This document shows, piece after piece, positions 48,270 through 58,491 of a stretch of DNA of 64,000 nucleotides. The DNA comes from Desulfatiglandales bacterium. GTDB lineage: Bacteria > Desulfobacterota > DSM-4660 > Desulfatiglandales > HGW-15. Every line of letters starts with the position of its first letter. Position 1 is the stretch's first letter. The translations under genes and the position numbers were made by a program. The notes beneath the pieces are model-generated. The model worked only from the letters and a program-made list of their open reading frames with translations. It did not search any database and was not told the DNA's origin. The DNA is taken from positions 384,001-448,000 of the forward strand of contig CAXXJJ010000004.1 in assembly GCA_963667015.2 (NCBI GenBank), in the 5' to 3' direction.

Positions 48270-49743
48270 ATGTAACAAGAGGTAACAGGATTCTGAATGT
48301 TGTACCTTCTCCCTTGACGCTTTCGACCTCAATGGTTCCGTTGTGCGCCTCAATTATTCCCTTTACAATAGATAGGCCAAGTCCTGTCCCCATCACTTTC
48401 CTGGTTTTTGGATCCTTTACCCTGTAAAATTTGTCAAATATCTTTGGCATCTCCGACTCGGGTATACCTACACCCGTATCGGAAACCCTGATTTCCATAT
48501 AATCACTCAGGCAGCGGCCCGAAACCGTAACAACCCCGCCTTCAGGAGAATAATTTATGGCATTTGTAATAAGATTGCTGAATACTTCTTCAATTCTTTT
48601 AGGATCTGCCTGAACGGGCTGCATGTTCTCCATTTCATGCTGCAGCTTGATACCCTGAGCCTCTGCCCGCTGTTCGAGGAAGGTCATGGTATCTATAATT
48701 ATCCTGCCTATGTCTGTGGGTGTTTGATGCTGTATATGTTTACCCGCTTCTATCTTTGCAATATCAAGCAGGTCATTGATTAACTCGAGGAGCTGATCGA
48801 TCTTGAGTATTCCTCTTTCAAGAAATTCCTTCTGTTTTTCCTGTAACGGGCCTGCAAGTCCTTCAAGCAGGACGCTGTTCTGCTGCCTGATCGCCACGAT
48901 AGGGCTTCTAAGCTCGTGGGCAACCATATTTACAAAATCTGTTTTCATTTCATCCAGTTCTTTAAAGGCTGTAACATCCTCAAGCACAGTTACAGTCCCT
49001 ACAACATAGTTTTCGGGTCCGTATGCAGGGGCTGATATAGCTCTCAATACATTCCTGTTCAGCTCTATTTCCTGGGAAATGGTCTTGGCTTCCGAAGAAT
49101 TTGCAGATTGAACATCATTAAGGGCTTTGAGCAGATCTTTGTCATTTATTATTCTGTTTACAGGTATGGGATAGTCAATCTGATCCGTTGTAATCTCGAG
49201 AAGTCTCATCAATGCAGGATTATAGAGAACGATCTCCATATTCCTGTTTGTCACCATTACGCCGTTGGCCATACAGTTAATGATTGTTTTCAGCCTGCTT
49301 TTCTCCAGGTTAAGGTCATAGAGATTTTTAATGTTTTCTTCTTCAAACTGCTTTGCCTTCTGTTCAAGGGCTCTTTTTTCCGAAGCCCTTTTTATGGTCA
49401 GTAAAAACTGGTCTATCTGAAATGGTTTGGTAATAAAATCATAGGCTCCTTTTTTCATGCATTCTACAGCCGTATCTATTGTACCATGGCCTGTAATTAT
49501 TATTATCGGGATATCGGGGTATAGTTTATAGGCTTCTACAAGAACCTCCTCACCGCTCATAACCGGCATTTTCAAATCGAGGAGCATAATATCCACCTTC
49601 TCCTTTTGTAGCATCGACATGGCTTCCTGTCCGTTTTCCGCACAGATAACATTATATTTGTTGTCCGCCAGAACGCGCCGGCATCCATCCCTTATTACCT
49701 TTTCATCATCAACTACCAGTATTTTTGTTTGCTCTTCCATCAT
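48262..49743 (-). CDS. REC-PAS-histidine kinase
   Basis: REC; AHELRSP; NAINYS, DTGVG and GTGLGL boxes. Confidence 0.92.
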   Translation of the reverse strand: MMEEQTKILVVDDEKVIRDGCRRVLADNKYNVICAENGQEAMSMLQKEKVDIMLLDLKMPVMSGEEVLVEAYKLYPDIPIIIITGHGTIDTAVECMKKGAYDFITKPFQIDQFLLTIKRASEKRALEQKAKQFEEENIKNLYDLNLEKSRLKTIINCMANGVMVTNRNMEIVLYNPALMRLLEITTDQIDYPIPVNRIINDKDLLKALNDVQSANSSEAKTISQEIELNRNVLRAISAPAYGPENYVVGTVTVLEDVTAFKELDEMKTDFVNMVAHELRSPIVAIRQQNSVLLEGLAGPLQEKQKEFLERGILKIDQLLELINDLLDIAKIEAGKHIQHQTPTDIGRIIIDTMTFLEQRAEAQGIKLQHEMENMQPVQADPKRIEEVFSNLITNAINYSPEGGVVTVSGRCLSDYMEIRVSDTGVGIPESEMPKIFDKFYRVKDPKTRKVMGTGLGLSIVKGIIEAHNGTIEVESVKGEGTTFRILLPLVTYA

Positions 49744-51746
49744 TCATCCAGTCCAATAAAAACGGGTTCATCAACCTGCTGTTCCACAAAGCCCATGGGG
49801 AGTTCTATGGAAAATACAGTTCCTTTTCCAGGTTTCGAATCAACCATGATATTGCCACCATGCAGTTGCAAAATGTTTTTTGTGATGCTTAAGCCCAGTC
49901 CTGTTCCCTTGCCAACCGGTTTTGTTGTGAAAAAGATGTCAAATATTTTATCTTTCAGGTCATTCGGAATACCGGGGCCTGTATCCGCTACCTTTACTAT
50001 AAAGAATTCCCTTTTTTCATCATAGCCGGCTGTTATTTTAAGCTGGCCCTTGCCTCCCATTGCATCGGCAGCATTGATAAACAGGTTTGTAAATACCTGC
50101 TGCAGTTGTCCCAGATCACCTGCAACAGGAGGCATGTTGGCTTTTATATCCTTAATTACCTCAACGTTTTGAAACAGGGCCTGGTTTATAAGCAGGTTCA
50201 GGGATTTATTGATCAGCTCTTCCATATTGAACGATGTGACCTTGCCTACGGTTTGCCTGCTGAATTCAAGTAATTCCGAAACAATTTTTTTACACCTCAG
50301 GGTCTGATCAATTATTTCCTGTATATCGTCGATATTCTGTTTATTTTCATTATCTACCGTGTTCATCAGGTTTTTCTTTATAAGTTCAGCATATATCATT
50401 ATTCCTGAAAGGGGATTGTTTATCTCATGGGCAACACCTGCAGCCATTCTGCCTACAGAGGCTATCTTCTCTGACTGAACCAGCTGGAAATGGGCCTCTT
50501 CAAGGTTTTTTCTCATCTCCAGTATTTCTCTCATGTCCGTAAATATCCCGACACTTCCGACTTCTTTGTTGTCTATATTTATAATTGATGCACTCAGTGT
50601 TACAGGGATTTCTTCTCCGCTTTTTGTTTTTATGGACATACTCGTTGGATTCAGTTTTCCGGGCGGACCGAAGTTTTTGCTCCGCATCTTGCTCATATTT
50701 TCTTTTGCAACATCTATATCGTAAAAGAAACTCAGATGACCTTCGTTGATAATTTCATCAGTAGAAAACCCGGTAAGCCGTTCCATGCCTTCATTAAAGA
50801 TCAGCACATTCCCCTTTGTGTCAACAACGACAATTCCGTCAACGGTGCTTTGTATTACATTCTGTAAAAAGGTGTTTGACTTCTGTGCGTCGTTTTCAAG
50901 CTGTATCCTGTCTGTAACATCTCTTGATGCTTCCAGTATCTGAACAATTTCTCCTTTATCGTTGCATATCGGGGCAATGGTTATAACATCAAATCTGGTC
51001 TGGTTCTGGTCATCAACATATTCCTCAATTGTGCTGAAAATACCTTTTTCTTTAACTTCATCAAAGTGTTCATCGATATAGCATCTGCCATTTTTTTTAG
51101 CACAACCTCGTGATGGATATGGACCGAAATCGAGTTGATAGCAATTCTTGCCATAAACCTTGTCTTCAGTAATATTATAGGAATTAAGGAATGTCCGGTT
51201 GACGGTCTCAATGCTTTTATCCATGTTAACAACCATGATTCTATAGGGCAGGGAGTCAGGGATTACCTTGCTTTGTTTTCTTATCCATTCGATATATTTT
51301 CCCCAACTTTTTTCAAGTTCATCCGTTTCGTTTTCATAATGCAGAAGGTCAAAGATGATCTGGCTTGAAAAGTTATCCATTAGCGAAATACCTTCAGGTT
51401 TTTCACGTGCTATTATATCTGCAACCCGGGATGAGCCTGTAAGTTCAATGATAAGGTTTAAACCGTTGATGTCGAAAAGTTCATGAAAATCTTTTGTGGT
51501 GAATATGCCATTTTCTCTGGCAAGTGAAATGCCTCGTGCGTCAGCATTTATGTCTGCGACGCCTGCAATTTCGAGTTTTAATCTTGAGGATTGATTATCG
51601 CCAAGAAGTTGCAGAAGGCTGTAACATACCTCTCCCCCTCCAACTATTCCTGCCTTATAATGGTTTTTAAACAGGCCCTTTCCAAATGTGTTACCTGTTC
51701 TGTTTATCATTCTGGTGAATGAGTTTTTAATCTGATTGCTTTCCAT
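49740..51746 (-). CDS. Cytoplasmic histidine kinase: Rossmann-like + 2 PAS + kinase core
   Basis: GIVGGG...GVADIN N-terminal domain, two PAS domains, AHEINNP, DTGPG and GTGLGL. Confidence 0.88.
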   Translation of the reverse strand: MESNQIKNSFTRMINRTGNTFGKGLFKNHYKAGIVGGGEVCYSLLQLLGDNQSSRLKLEIAGVADINADARGISLARENGIFTTKDFHELFDINGLNLIIELTGSSRVADIIAREKPEGISLMDNFSSQIIFDLLHYENETDELEKSWGKYIEWIRKQSKVIPDSLPYRIMVVNMDKSIETVNRTFLNSYNITEDKVYGKNCYQLDFGPYPSRGCAKKNGRCYIDEHFDEVKEKGIFSTIEEYVDDQNQTRFDVITIAPICNDKGEIVQILEASRDVTDRIQLENDAQKSNTFLQNVIQSTVDGIVVVDTKGNVLIFNEGMERLTGFSTDEIINEGHLSFFYDIDVAKENMSKMRSKNFGPPGKLNPTSMSIKTKSGEEIPVTLSASIINIDNKEVGSVGIFTDMREILEMRKNLEEAHFQLVQSEKIASVGRMAAGVAHEINNPLSGIMIYAELIKKNLMNTVDNENKQNIDDIQEIIDQTLRCKKIVSELLEFSRQTVGKVTSFNMEELINKSLNLLINQALFQNVEVIKDIKANMPPVAGDLGQLQQVFTNLFINAADAMGGKGQLKITAGYDEKREFFIVKVADTGPGIPNDLKDKIFDIFFTTKPVGKGTGLGLSITKNILQLHGGNIMVDSKPGKGTVFSIELPMGFVEQQVDEPVFIGLDE

Positions 51747-52005
51747 TACCCCCCTGGTCAGGGAAAAGGCGCGAAATCAGCTTTGCCTCAAGGTGATTAA
51801 TAATACTCTTCAGTGACTGACTTTCACTGATTTGACCCGAAAAATTCCAGCCCTTTAAGAGGGCCTTTCTTTTTTCCTCCCTGAATTGTTCAATACTTTC
51901 GGCCAGTGACTCCCATAAAAAAAGTTTTTGAAGGACATGGCGCTCTTCTGACGTGAGGTCCGTTTCAGTATCGATAGTCTTGCCGTCAACAGTATTAATA
52001 ATCAT
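51727..52005 (-). CDS. Hypothetical protein
   Basis: 92-aa ORF overlapping the start of the kinase gene (translational coupling). Confidence 0.6.
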   Translation of the reverse strand: MIINTVDGKTIDTETDLTSEERHVLQKLFLWESLAESIEQFREEKRKALLKGWNFSGQISESQSLKSIINHLEAKLISRLFPDQGGNGKQSD

Positions 52006-52193
52006 ATCATTAAAATGTATTTTATTGTAAGCGTTTTATCCATATCAATAATATTATACAATGCTGGATGCTCTATTTGGATTTTAATTAATTCCAATAT
52101 GTTAAACTATCAATACCTGTCCGGTATTGAAGAATAAAAAACGCTTTAAAGACAGGAAGGAAGACAAAAGCTTCCTATTTTTCTGGTCAGGCT

Positions 52194-52227
52194 ACTGACA
52201 GGCAGGTTATACGGTCTGCCTGTCAGT
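52194..52227 (-). terminator. Hairpin downstream of metF
   Basis: ACTGACAGGCAG...CTGCCTGTCAGT perfect 12-bp stem; weak U-tract. Confidence 0.55.
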
Positions 52228-52251
52228 TTAAACTAGATGAAATATAACTAC

Positions 52252-53187
52252 TTACACTTGAGGTCTTGGAAGAACTTTTGCTCTTTCGGCAATTTCAGGA
52301 ACCTTGTGTTCCCACTCGATGGCCATGAGATGGACACCCGCGACGCCTTCCATTTCTTTGAATTCCTCAATCTGTTCAACCGCAAATTTAATACCTTCTT
52401 CGGCGACTTTACCCTTTCCGGCGCCCTGGAGTCTTTCAATAAGGGATTCAGGAACATCCATACCCGGTACTGATTTGGACATATACCTCGCCATACCAAC
52501 GCTTTTCATAGGAGTGACACCGGCGAGTATATAACATTTTTCATGAAGCCCCATATCAACGACTCTTTTCATAAATTCACGGAACCTGTCCATGTTGTAT
52601 ATACACTGGGTCTGAATAAAATCAGCGCCAGCGTTTATCTTATTGGCAAGTCTGTAAACTCTATATTCAAAGGGATCGGCAAAAGGATTGGCTGCAGCGC
52701 CGATAAACATTTTTGGGGGGCCGTCTATTTCTTCTTCATTCAGGAATTTCCCCTCATCCCTCATTTTTTTAACCAGAGAGATGAGCTGCATAGAATCAAT
52801 GTCATAGACGTTTTTAGATTCAGGATGATTTCCAAAACTTTGGTGGTCACCTGAGAGACACAGCATATTTCTTATGCCCATGCTGTATGCACCGAGTATG
52901 TCGCTCATCATGGCAAGACGGTTCCTGTCCCGGCAGACCATCTGAAAATTCGGTTCCACACCTTCCTGGATCATGATTGAACATGCTGCCCAGCTCGACA
53001 TCCTTACCACAGCGGTCTGGTTATCCGTAACGTTTACTGAATCAACCATGCCTTTAAGAGGCGCGATCTTTTCTTTCAGATGTTCTATATTTGCACCTTT
53101 GGGAGGTCCGCATTCACCGGTAAAGGCAAAATGCCCGGCCTTAAGTACCTTTTCGAGATTACTCCCTGATTTCAATTCTTCACTCAT
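52252..53187 (-). CDS. metF: Methylenetetrahydrofolate reductase, catalytic subunit
   Basis: ECGPPKG, NVTDN, CRDRN, LSGD, GADFIQTQ and GVHLM motifs. Confidence 0.92.
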   Translation of the reverse strand: MSEELKSGSNLEKVLKAGHFAFTGECGPPKGANIEHLKEKIAPLKGMVDSVNVTDNQTAVVRMSSWAACSIMIQEGVEPNFQMVCRDRNRLAMMSDILGAYSMGIRNMLCLSGDHQSFGNHPESKNVYDIDSMQLISLVKKMRDEGKFLNEEEIDGPPKMFIGAAANPFADPFEYRVYRLANKINAGADFIQTQCIYNMDRFREFMKRVVDMGLHEKCYILAGVTPMKSVGMARYMSKSVPGMDVPESLIERLQGAGKGKVAEEGIKFAVEQIEEFKEMEGVAGVHLMAIEWEHKVPEIAERAKVLPRPQV

Positions 53188-53852
53188 ATGGCGATATCCT
53201 CCCTGATACTTCTGCGTGGACCACCATCTCTGGCTGTACTCCAGTTTTTAGCAGGTTTAATCACAAGCAGGTCTTCAAGGCGGCCCTGCTCCATTTTTTT
53301 TCTGACAATAGTGTCCCAGATGCACTCAATATCACTGGATACTTCACATTTGCCGTTAGCTGAGCCACCGCAGGGTCCATTTAAGAGACTCTTGGAACAA
53401 CGTGCAACAGGACACAGGCCATCATATAAATGTACAACACAGGTACCGCAACCAGCGCATCTTTCTTCCCATACCCCCTGTCTTATGGAACCGCCGTAAA
53501 ATGTAGTATTTACAGCAGGATAAATTTTGCTTTTGGGATAAGCTTCAGAAAGGAACTGAGGCCCAACGCCACAGGCCATGGTCAATATTGCCTCATAATC
53601 ACCGACAATATCCTTAATAACATCGATATATTCAGGATCACATTGTCTTTCCAGTGTTTTTTCATCGATTTCAATCGGATTTTCTTCCTTTTTCCGTGCT
53701 ATTTTGATTGCACTGGCAAGTATCTCTACTTCCTTGGTTCCCCCGACATTACACACGGTAACACACCCTCTGCAACCGACTAACAATATTTTTTTGTAGT
53801 CCTTGATCATCTCAAGTATTTCGGTCATGGGTTTTCTATCAGCAACTATCAT
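53184..53852 (-). CDS. metV: MTHFR small Cys-rich subunit MetV
   Basis: ERCAGCGTC...CPVARCSKSLLNGPCGG...CE...CIW; coupled to metF. Confidence 0.88.
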   Translation of the reverse strand: MIVADRKPMTEILEMIKDYKKILLVGCRGCVTVCNVGGTKEVEILASAIKIARKKEENPIEIDEKTLERQCDPEYIDVIKDIVGDYEAILTMACGVGPQFLSEAYPKSKIYPAVNTTFYGGSIRQGVWEERCAGCGTCVVHLYDGLCPVARCSKSLLNGPCGGSANGKCEVSSDIECIWDTIVRKKMEQGRLEDLLVIKPAKNWSTARDGGPRRSIREDIAI

Positions 53853-54383
53853 TTAACAACCTCTCTACCTCTATTTTTCAGGCCGCGTTTCAACTTTCGC
53901 TGGATGTATCGAACCTGGGTTATTTTTATGAGAAGGAAAAACCTCTAACTTAAAATAACAATTGATTTTAGTTTATTCATCAATTGTATTAATTAGTTAG
54001 GTCGACATATTACATCTTTAACAGCTAATATAAAGCCGATTTATTATTAAAATACAAGGGTATCAATTATTATATTAAGCAATGGGAAGTCAAGTAAAGA
54101 ATGTAAAAATATGGATGGGTTAGATGTTTGTGAATTATTTTATATTTACCTAAAAATTGCATAGTTAATACCGAAATATTTTTTTTGCAATCAATAGGAC
54201 AATCCGGCATGGCCCTGTTCATTCCTGATCGGGATTTATAGCTTGACATACAACAGGGTATAATAATAAGTAAAATTTACTTCATAATTTAATATTTAAC
54301 TGTCAATAAATGCTTAATATAATATAAATTAACTGATAAATAGTAATTTATATATAAACTGATTCCAATTGAGGAGAGATTTA

Positions 54384-55580
54384 ATGCTTACAAAGGCATA
54401 TATTCCTTACAAAGGTTATTACTCCAGTCCTTTCTGTAGGTGGCAGGGACAACTTGCCAATGAAAATCCGGTAACCCTTGGTGCGGAAACAGCCAGGCGC
54501 TGGTTTGTACATTCAGACATCGACCCTGTGGTTATCGAGTATCTATATTATGGTGCTACCGTTGCTGCCCACAGGGCATTCTATGCCCATACAACGTCAA
54601 GCGCAATTATTATGGAAGGGCGAAAGAATATCTCCGGCCTTTATGTGCATCAGGCATGCTCTACCTCAACTTCATGCATTCATATGGCAGCTGTAAATAT
54701 AGAAGCGGGAACCTTTGATACCGCTTTTACTCTCATGTCCGATCGATTATCAAACGGGCCGCATGTTGTATGGCCTAATCCTGATGGGCCGGGCGGTGAA
54801 ATGATTTCTGAAAACCTGATTATGGATAATTTCAATAATGATCCATGGGGCGGGATGAAGATGATACAGACGGCAGAAAAGGTAGCTGCCGAGGCCGGTA
54901 TTACCAGGGAAGAATGTGATACAGTTACCCTGAGAAGGTATGAACAGTATCTGGATTCACTGGCTGATGACAGGGCATTCCAGAAACGCTACATGTTTCC
55001 TCTGGAGGTAAAAATATCAAAGAAGAAGACCGAACATATAGAAGAAGATGAAGGTATTACACCGGCAACCTCAGAAGGCCTTGCAGGGCTTAAGCCTGTT
55101 GAGCCGGGAGGGGTTCTTACATACGGTTCGCAGACCCATCCGGCAGATGGGAACTGCGGTTTTATAGTAACAATCAGGGAAAAGGCAAAGGAATTGAGTA
55201 AAAATCCTGACCTTGAAATAAAAATTATTTCCTATGGATACTCAAGAGAAGACAAGGCTAAAATGGCTGCAGCGCCTGTTCCTGCAGCTGAAATGGCCCT
55301 TTCAGATGCTGGACTGAATGTAAAGGATATTAAAGTGATTAAAACCCATAACCCGTTTATAGTAAATGACCTGAATATGGCCAAAAAGATGAATATAGAT
55401 GTTATGGCAATGAACAACTATGGAAGCTCATTGATATTCGGCCATCCACAGGGCCCGACAGCCGGAAGGCTTATATGCGAATTAATAGAAGAACTTGCTC
55501 TCAAAGGTGGGGGGTACGGCTTATTTACCGGTTGTGCAGCGGGTGATACAGGTGCGGCACTTATTGTCAGGGTGGGATAG
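54384..55580 (+). CDS. Thiolase family protein
   Basis: QACSTS, DEG, PADG, GHPQG and GCAAG motifs; ATG 54384 follows a GAGGAG RBS. Confidence 0.85.
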   Translation: MLTKAYIPYKGYYSSPFCRWQGQLANENPVTLGAETARRWFVHSDIDPVVIEYLYYGATVAAHRAFYAHTTSSAIIMEGRKNISGLYVHQACSTSTSCIHMAAVNIEAGTFDTAFTLMSDRLSNGPHVVWPNPDGPGGEMISENLIMDNFNNDPWGGMKMIQTAEKVAAEAGITREECDTVTLRRYEQYLDSLADDRAFQKRYMFPLEVKISKKKTEHIEEDEGITPATSEGLAGLKPVEPGGVLTYGSQTHPADGNCGFIVTIREKAKELSKNPDLEIKIISYGYSREDKAKMAAAPVPAAEMALSDAGLNVKDIKVIKTHNPFIVNDLNMAKKMNIDVMAMNNYGSSLIFGHPQGPTAGRLICELIEELALKGGGYGLFTGCAAGDTGAALIVRVG

Positions 55581-55640
55581 GATTTGAATTTTATAAATTA
55601 ATTGTCATTTCTGACAGATATATAAATAGCAAAACCACAC

Positions 55641-55673
55641 AAATTCCGGGATTTTCTACCCGGATTTTTTATT
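55641..55673 (+). terminator. Intrinsic terminator after the thiolase gene
   Basis: TCCGGG-ATTTTCTA-CCCGGA followed by TTTTTT. Confidence 0.6.
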
Positions 55674-55758
55674 CAGGTGGATTACATTGAAATATTTATA
55701 ATTATTTCATATAGTCATCCACCGGGTTTTACCCGGATATGAACAAGGGAAAAATTAA

Positions 55759-56916
55759 ATGGCTGAAACATTAGACTTTGAACAGGGACCGATCAGGCCC
55801 CCTAATGAATCAAAAAGTTTTTTGCTGAGAATCACAAGAAACTGCCCGTGGAATCAGTGTCTTTTCTGCCCGGTATATAAGGGCCGAAAGTTCTCTTTGC
55901 GCTCAGTTGATGAAATAAAGAATGATATTAAAACCGCAAGGGAGATTTATGACATCATAAAGGAGATTTCCTTTAAGCTCGGTTATGAAGGAGATATTAC
56001 TTCCGAAGTAATAAGTAATATTTTTAATGATCCTTCAATATCAAACAGTTTTCGAAGCCTTGCCATGTGGATGTATTACAGGACCAATGCATGTTTTCTG
56101 CAGGATGCGGACAACATGATAATGAAAACAGATGATCTTGTGGAGGTGCTTGAATTTTTGAGGGAAAACTTCCCTGAAATATCCCGTATTACAACATATT
56201 CAAGATCCCGTACTATAGCCAGAAAATCCGAGGGTGAGCTTATAAGAATTAGGAAAGCCGGCCTTAACAGAATCCATGTCGGGCTTGAAACAGGCTATGA
56301 TCCGCTTTTAAAGCTTATTAAAAAAGGTGTGACTTCGGAACAGCAGATTGAGGCGGGAAAGAAGGTTCTTGCAGCAGGCATGGAACTGTCAGAATATGTA
56401 ATGCCAGGACTTGGAGGGCAGGAAATGTGGAAAGAACATGCTGTTGCCACTGCCAGTGTCCTGAATCAGATAAACCCGCATTTTATCAGACTCAGGAGCC
56501 TCAGGATTCCTCCAAGGGTTCCACTGATTGAAAAGGTGAAATCCGGAGAATTTACCAAGCTGACTGATGACATGTATGCAGAAGAGATTCGCGTTTTTAT
56601 AGAGACACTTGACGGCATAACCAGCACCTTGACAAGTGACCATATGATGAATCTCCTTGAAGAGGTTACAGGTACATTCCCCCAGGATAAGCGGAAAATG
56701 CTGGATATTATACACAGGTATCAGTCCCTTTCTGAAGAGGAAAGAATCATATACAGGGTAGGAAGAAGGGGAGGGGCATATCGCTCTGTCGAGGACATAT
56801 ATAATGATCCTGCTACCAGGAACAAGATTGAAAATCTTATTAAAGATATCCGAACAAAGGAAGGTGATACCGGTCTTGAACAAACTATTAATGATATGGT
56901 AGACCGGTATATATAA
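55759..56916 (+). CDS. Radical SAM protein
   Basis: GPIRPP..S; CPWNQCLFC CxxxCxxC motif. Confidence 0.85.
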   Translation: MAETLDFEQGPIRPPNESKSFLLRITRNCPWNQCLFCPVYKGRKFSLRSVDEIKNDIKTAREIYDIIKEISFKLGYEGDITSEVISNIFNDPSISNSFRSLAMWMYYRTNACFLQDADNMIMKTDDLVEVLEFLRENFPEISRITTYSRSRTIARKSEGELIRIRKAGLNRIHVGLETGYDPLLKLIKKGVTSEQQIEAGKKVLAAGMELSEYVMPGLGGQEMWKEHAVATASVLNQINPHFIRLRSLRIPPRVPLIEKVKSGEFTKLTDDMYAEEIRVFIETLDGITSTLTSDHMMNLLEEVTGTFPQDKRKMLDIIHRYQSLSEEERIIYRVGRRGGAYRSVEDIYNDPATRNKIENLIKDIRTKEGDTGLEQTINDMVDRYI

Positions 56917-56922
56917 TAAAAA

Positions 56923-56957
56923 GGGCGCATGCCCAAGGGCTCAAGGCGAAAGGTAAA
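56923..56957 (+). repeat. Orphan 7-bp tandem array resembling the left arm of the 36.5-kb cassette
   Basis: GGGCGCA TGCCCAA GGGCTCA AGGCGAA AGGTAAA. Confidence 0.55.
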
Positions 56958-56972
56958 GGACTGGGATTTAAT

Positions 56973-57641
56973 ATGACATATTATCCTATAATGGTTGATT
57001 TGACAGGCAGGGAGGTTCTTGTTGTAGGTGGCGGTTCTGTTGCCTCCAGGAAGATAGATACCCTTCTTGAGTATGGAGCTGTTGTCAATCTGGTTTCAAG
57101 GGAGTTATCCTCTGAAATACAAGCCCATATTGACAATGGAAAAGTCAGATATCTTGGTGAAGAATTCAGTATGGTATTCTTAAAAGAAAAATTTCTTGTG
57201 ATTGCCGCGACTGATGATGCTGAGTTGAATCACCGGATCAGCCAGGTTGCCGAAGAAAAGGGAATGCTTATAAATGCTGTTGATCAGCCGGCAGACTGTA
57301 ATTTTATCGTCCCGTCGATCGTTAAAAGGGGAGATCTCATTGTTGCTGTTTCTACCTCAGGAAAAAGTCCGGCACTGGCAAAAAAAATCAGGAAAGATTT
57401 AACAGATTATTTCGGCGATGAGTATGACCTTTTTCTCAGGTTAATGGGAAAAATAAGAAATGAAGTCCTTGCATCCAGCTCGGATCAAAAGGAAAACAGC
57501 CGAATATTTCACATGATTGTAGATTCGGAACTGTTCGAGGCAATCAAGAAAGATGATTTAAAGAATGCCTCCCTGATACTTACTGAAATTCTCGGACGGG
57601 AAATTTCAGATAACGATATCAAATATTATATCAAGGAATGA
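56973..57641 (+). CDS. sirC: Precorrin-2 dehydrogenase/sirohydrochlorin ferrochelatase (SirC / CysG N-terminal)
   Basis: VVGGGSVASRK, AATDD, NAVDQP..C.F and STSGKSP motifs. Confidence 0.88.
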   Translation: MTYYPIMVDLTGREVLVVGGGSVASRKIDTLLEYGAVVNLVSRELSSEIQAHIDNGKVRYLGEEFSMVFLKEKFLVIAATDDAELNHRISQVAEEKGMLINAVDQPADCNFIVPSIVKRGDLIVAVSTSGKSPALAKKIRKDLTDYFGDEYDLFLRLMGKIRNEVLASSSDQKENSRIFHMIVDSELFEAIKKDDLKNASLILTEILGREISDNDIKYYIKE

Positions 57642-57642
57642 G

Positions 57643-58491
57643 GTGTACATGGATCTGATAATATCCAGGATAGCCCTTTTTCTTATACTCCTGTCAACAG
57701 GCGGATTTATTGTGTATATAGTCAAACAGAATAAATCCGTGTTCAGGTGTTCCTACTGGGTGATGTTTTCAGGTTTTATATTTCAGACAGTCTTTCTTGC
57801 TCATCAGTATCTTACTCTTGGTACAGTGCCTGTAGTATCCCTCAAACTGTCTCTGGCATTTTTTGCCTGGAGTGTCATTGGTATCTATCTTCTTTCGCAT
57901 CTTAAGTTCGGACTCATGGTACTGGGTTCCTTTGTTGCGCCTTTTGCGGCTTTTCTGATGATTCTTTCCTCAGCAATACCTGCTGCTCCGGATACAGTGC
58001 CGCCTGTGTTAAAGAGTATCTGGCTTATCCTTCATGCCTTTTCCATGTTCCTTGGGGACGGAATTTTTGCAATATCATTTATAGCTGCGGTTATGTATCT
58101 GATACAGGAACGGCAGATAAAAAGGAAAACAAGGGGAACTTTCTTTAAAAGACTTCCTTCGCTTGAGACACTTGATTCCATTAATCACTATTCCCTAATA
58201 TATGGTTTTCCTCTTTTGACAATAGGTATGATCACAGGAGCAATCTATGCACAGTATGCCCTGGGTAAATACTGGAGGTGGGATACGAAAGAGGTCTGGT
58301 CTCTGGTTACATGGATTGCCTATGCGATTCTTTTGCACGAACGGCTTACTGTAGGATGGCGGGGAAGGCGGGCTGCCTATATGTCTATCCTCTGTTTTAT
58401 GATACTCATCTTTACATTCCTGGGAAGCAGTATCTGGATGAACAGTTATCACAGTTTTACCGATTTTGGCGAGGTAAGTAAATTGCCATGA
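57643..58491 (+). CDS. ccsA: Cytochrome c assembly protein CcsA/HemX-like membrane protein
   Basis: Multiple TM helices; GAIYA...WRWDTKEVWS (WWD motif). Confidence 0.8.
   Translation: MYMDLIISRIALFLILLSTGGFIVYIVKQNKSVFRCSYWVMFSGFIFQTVFLAHQYLTLGTVPVVSLKLSLAFFAWSVIGIYLLSHLKFGLMVLGSFVAPFAAFLMILSSAIPAAPDTVPPVLKSIWLILHAFSMFLGDGIFAISFIAAVMYLIQERQIKRKTRGTFFKRLPSLETLDSINHYSLIYGFPLLTIGMITGAIYAQYALGKYWRWDTKEVWSLVTWIAYAILLHERLTVGWRGRRAAYMSILCFMILIFTFLGSSIWMNSYHSFTDFGEVSKLP

Noticed and set aside
53879..53917. c-di-GMP-I (GEMM) riboswitch call
   Set aside because: Only a GAAA-capped stem resembles it; the conserved junction and second stem with tetraloop receptor are not evident
54128..54145. Rex box upstream of metVF/thiolase (TTGTGAA-TTAT-TTTATAT)
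   Set aside because: The right half-site has three mismatches in very AT-rich DNA
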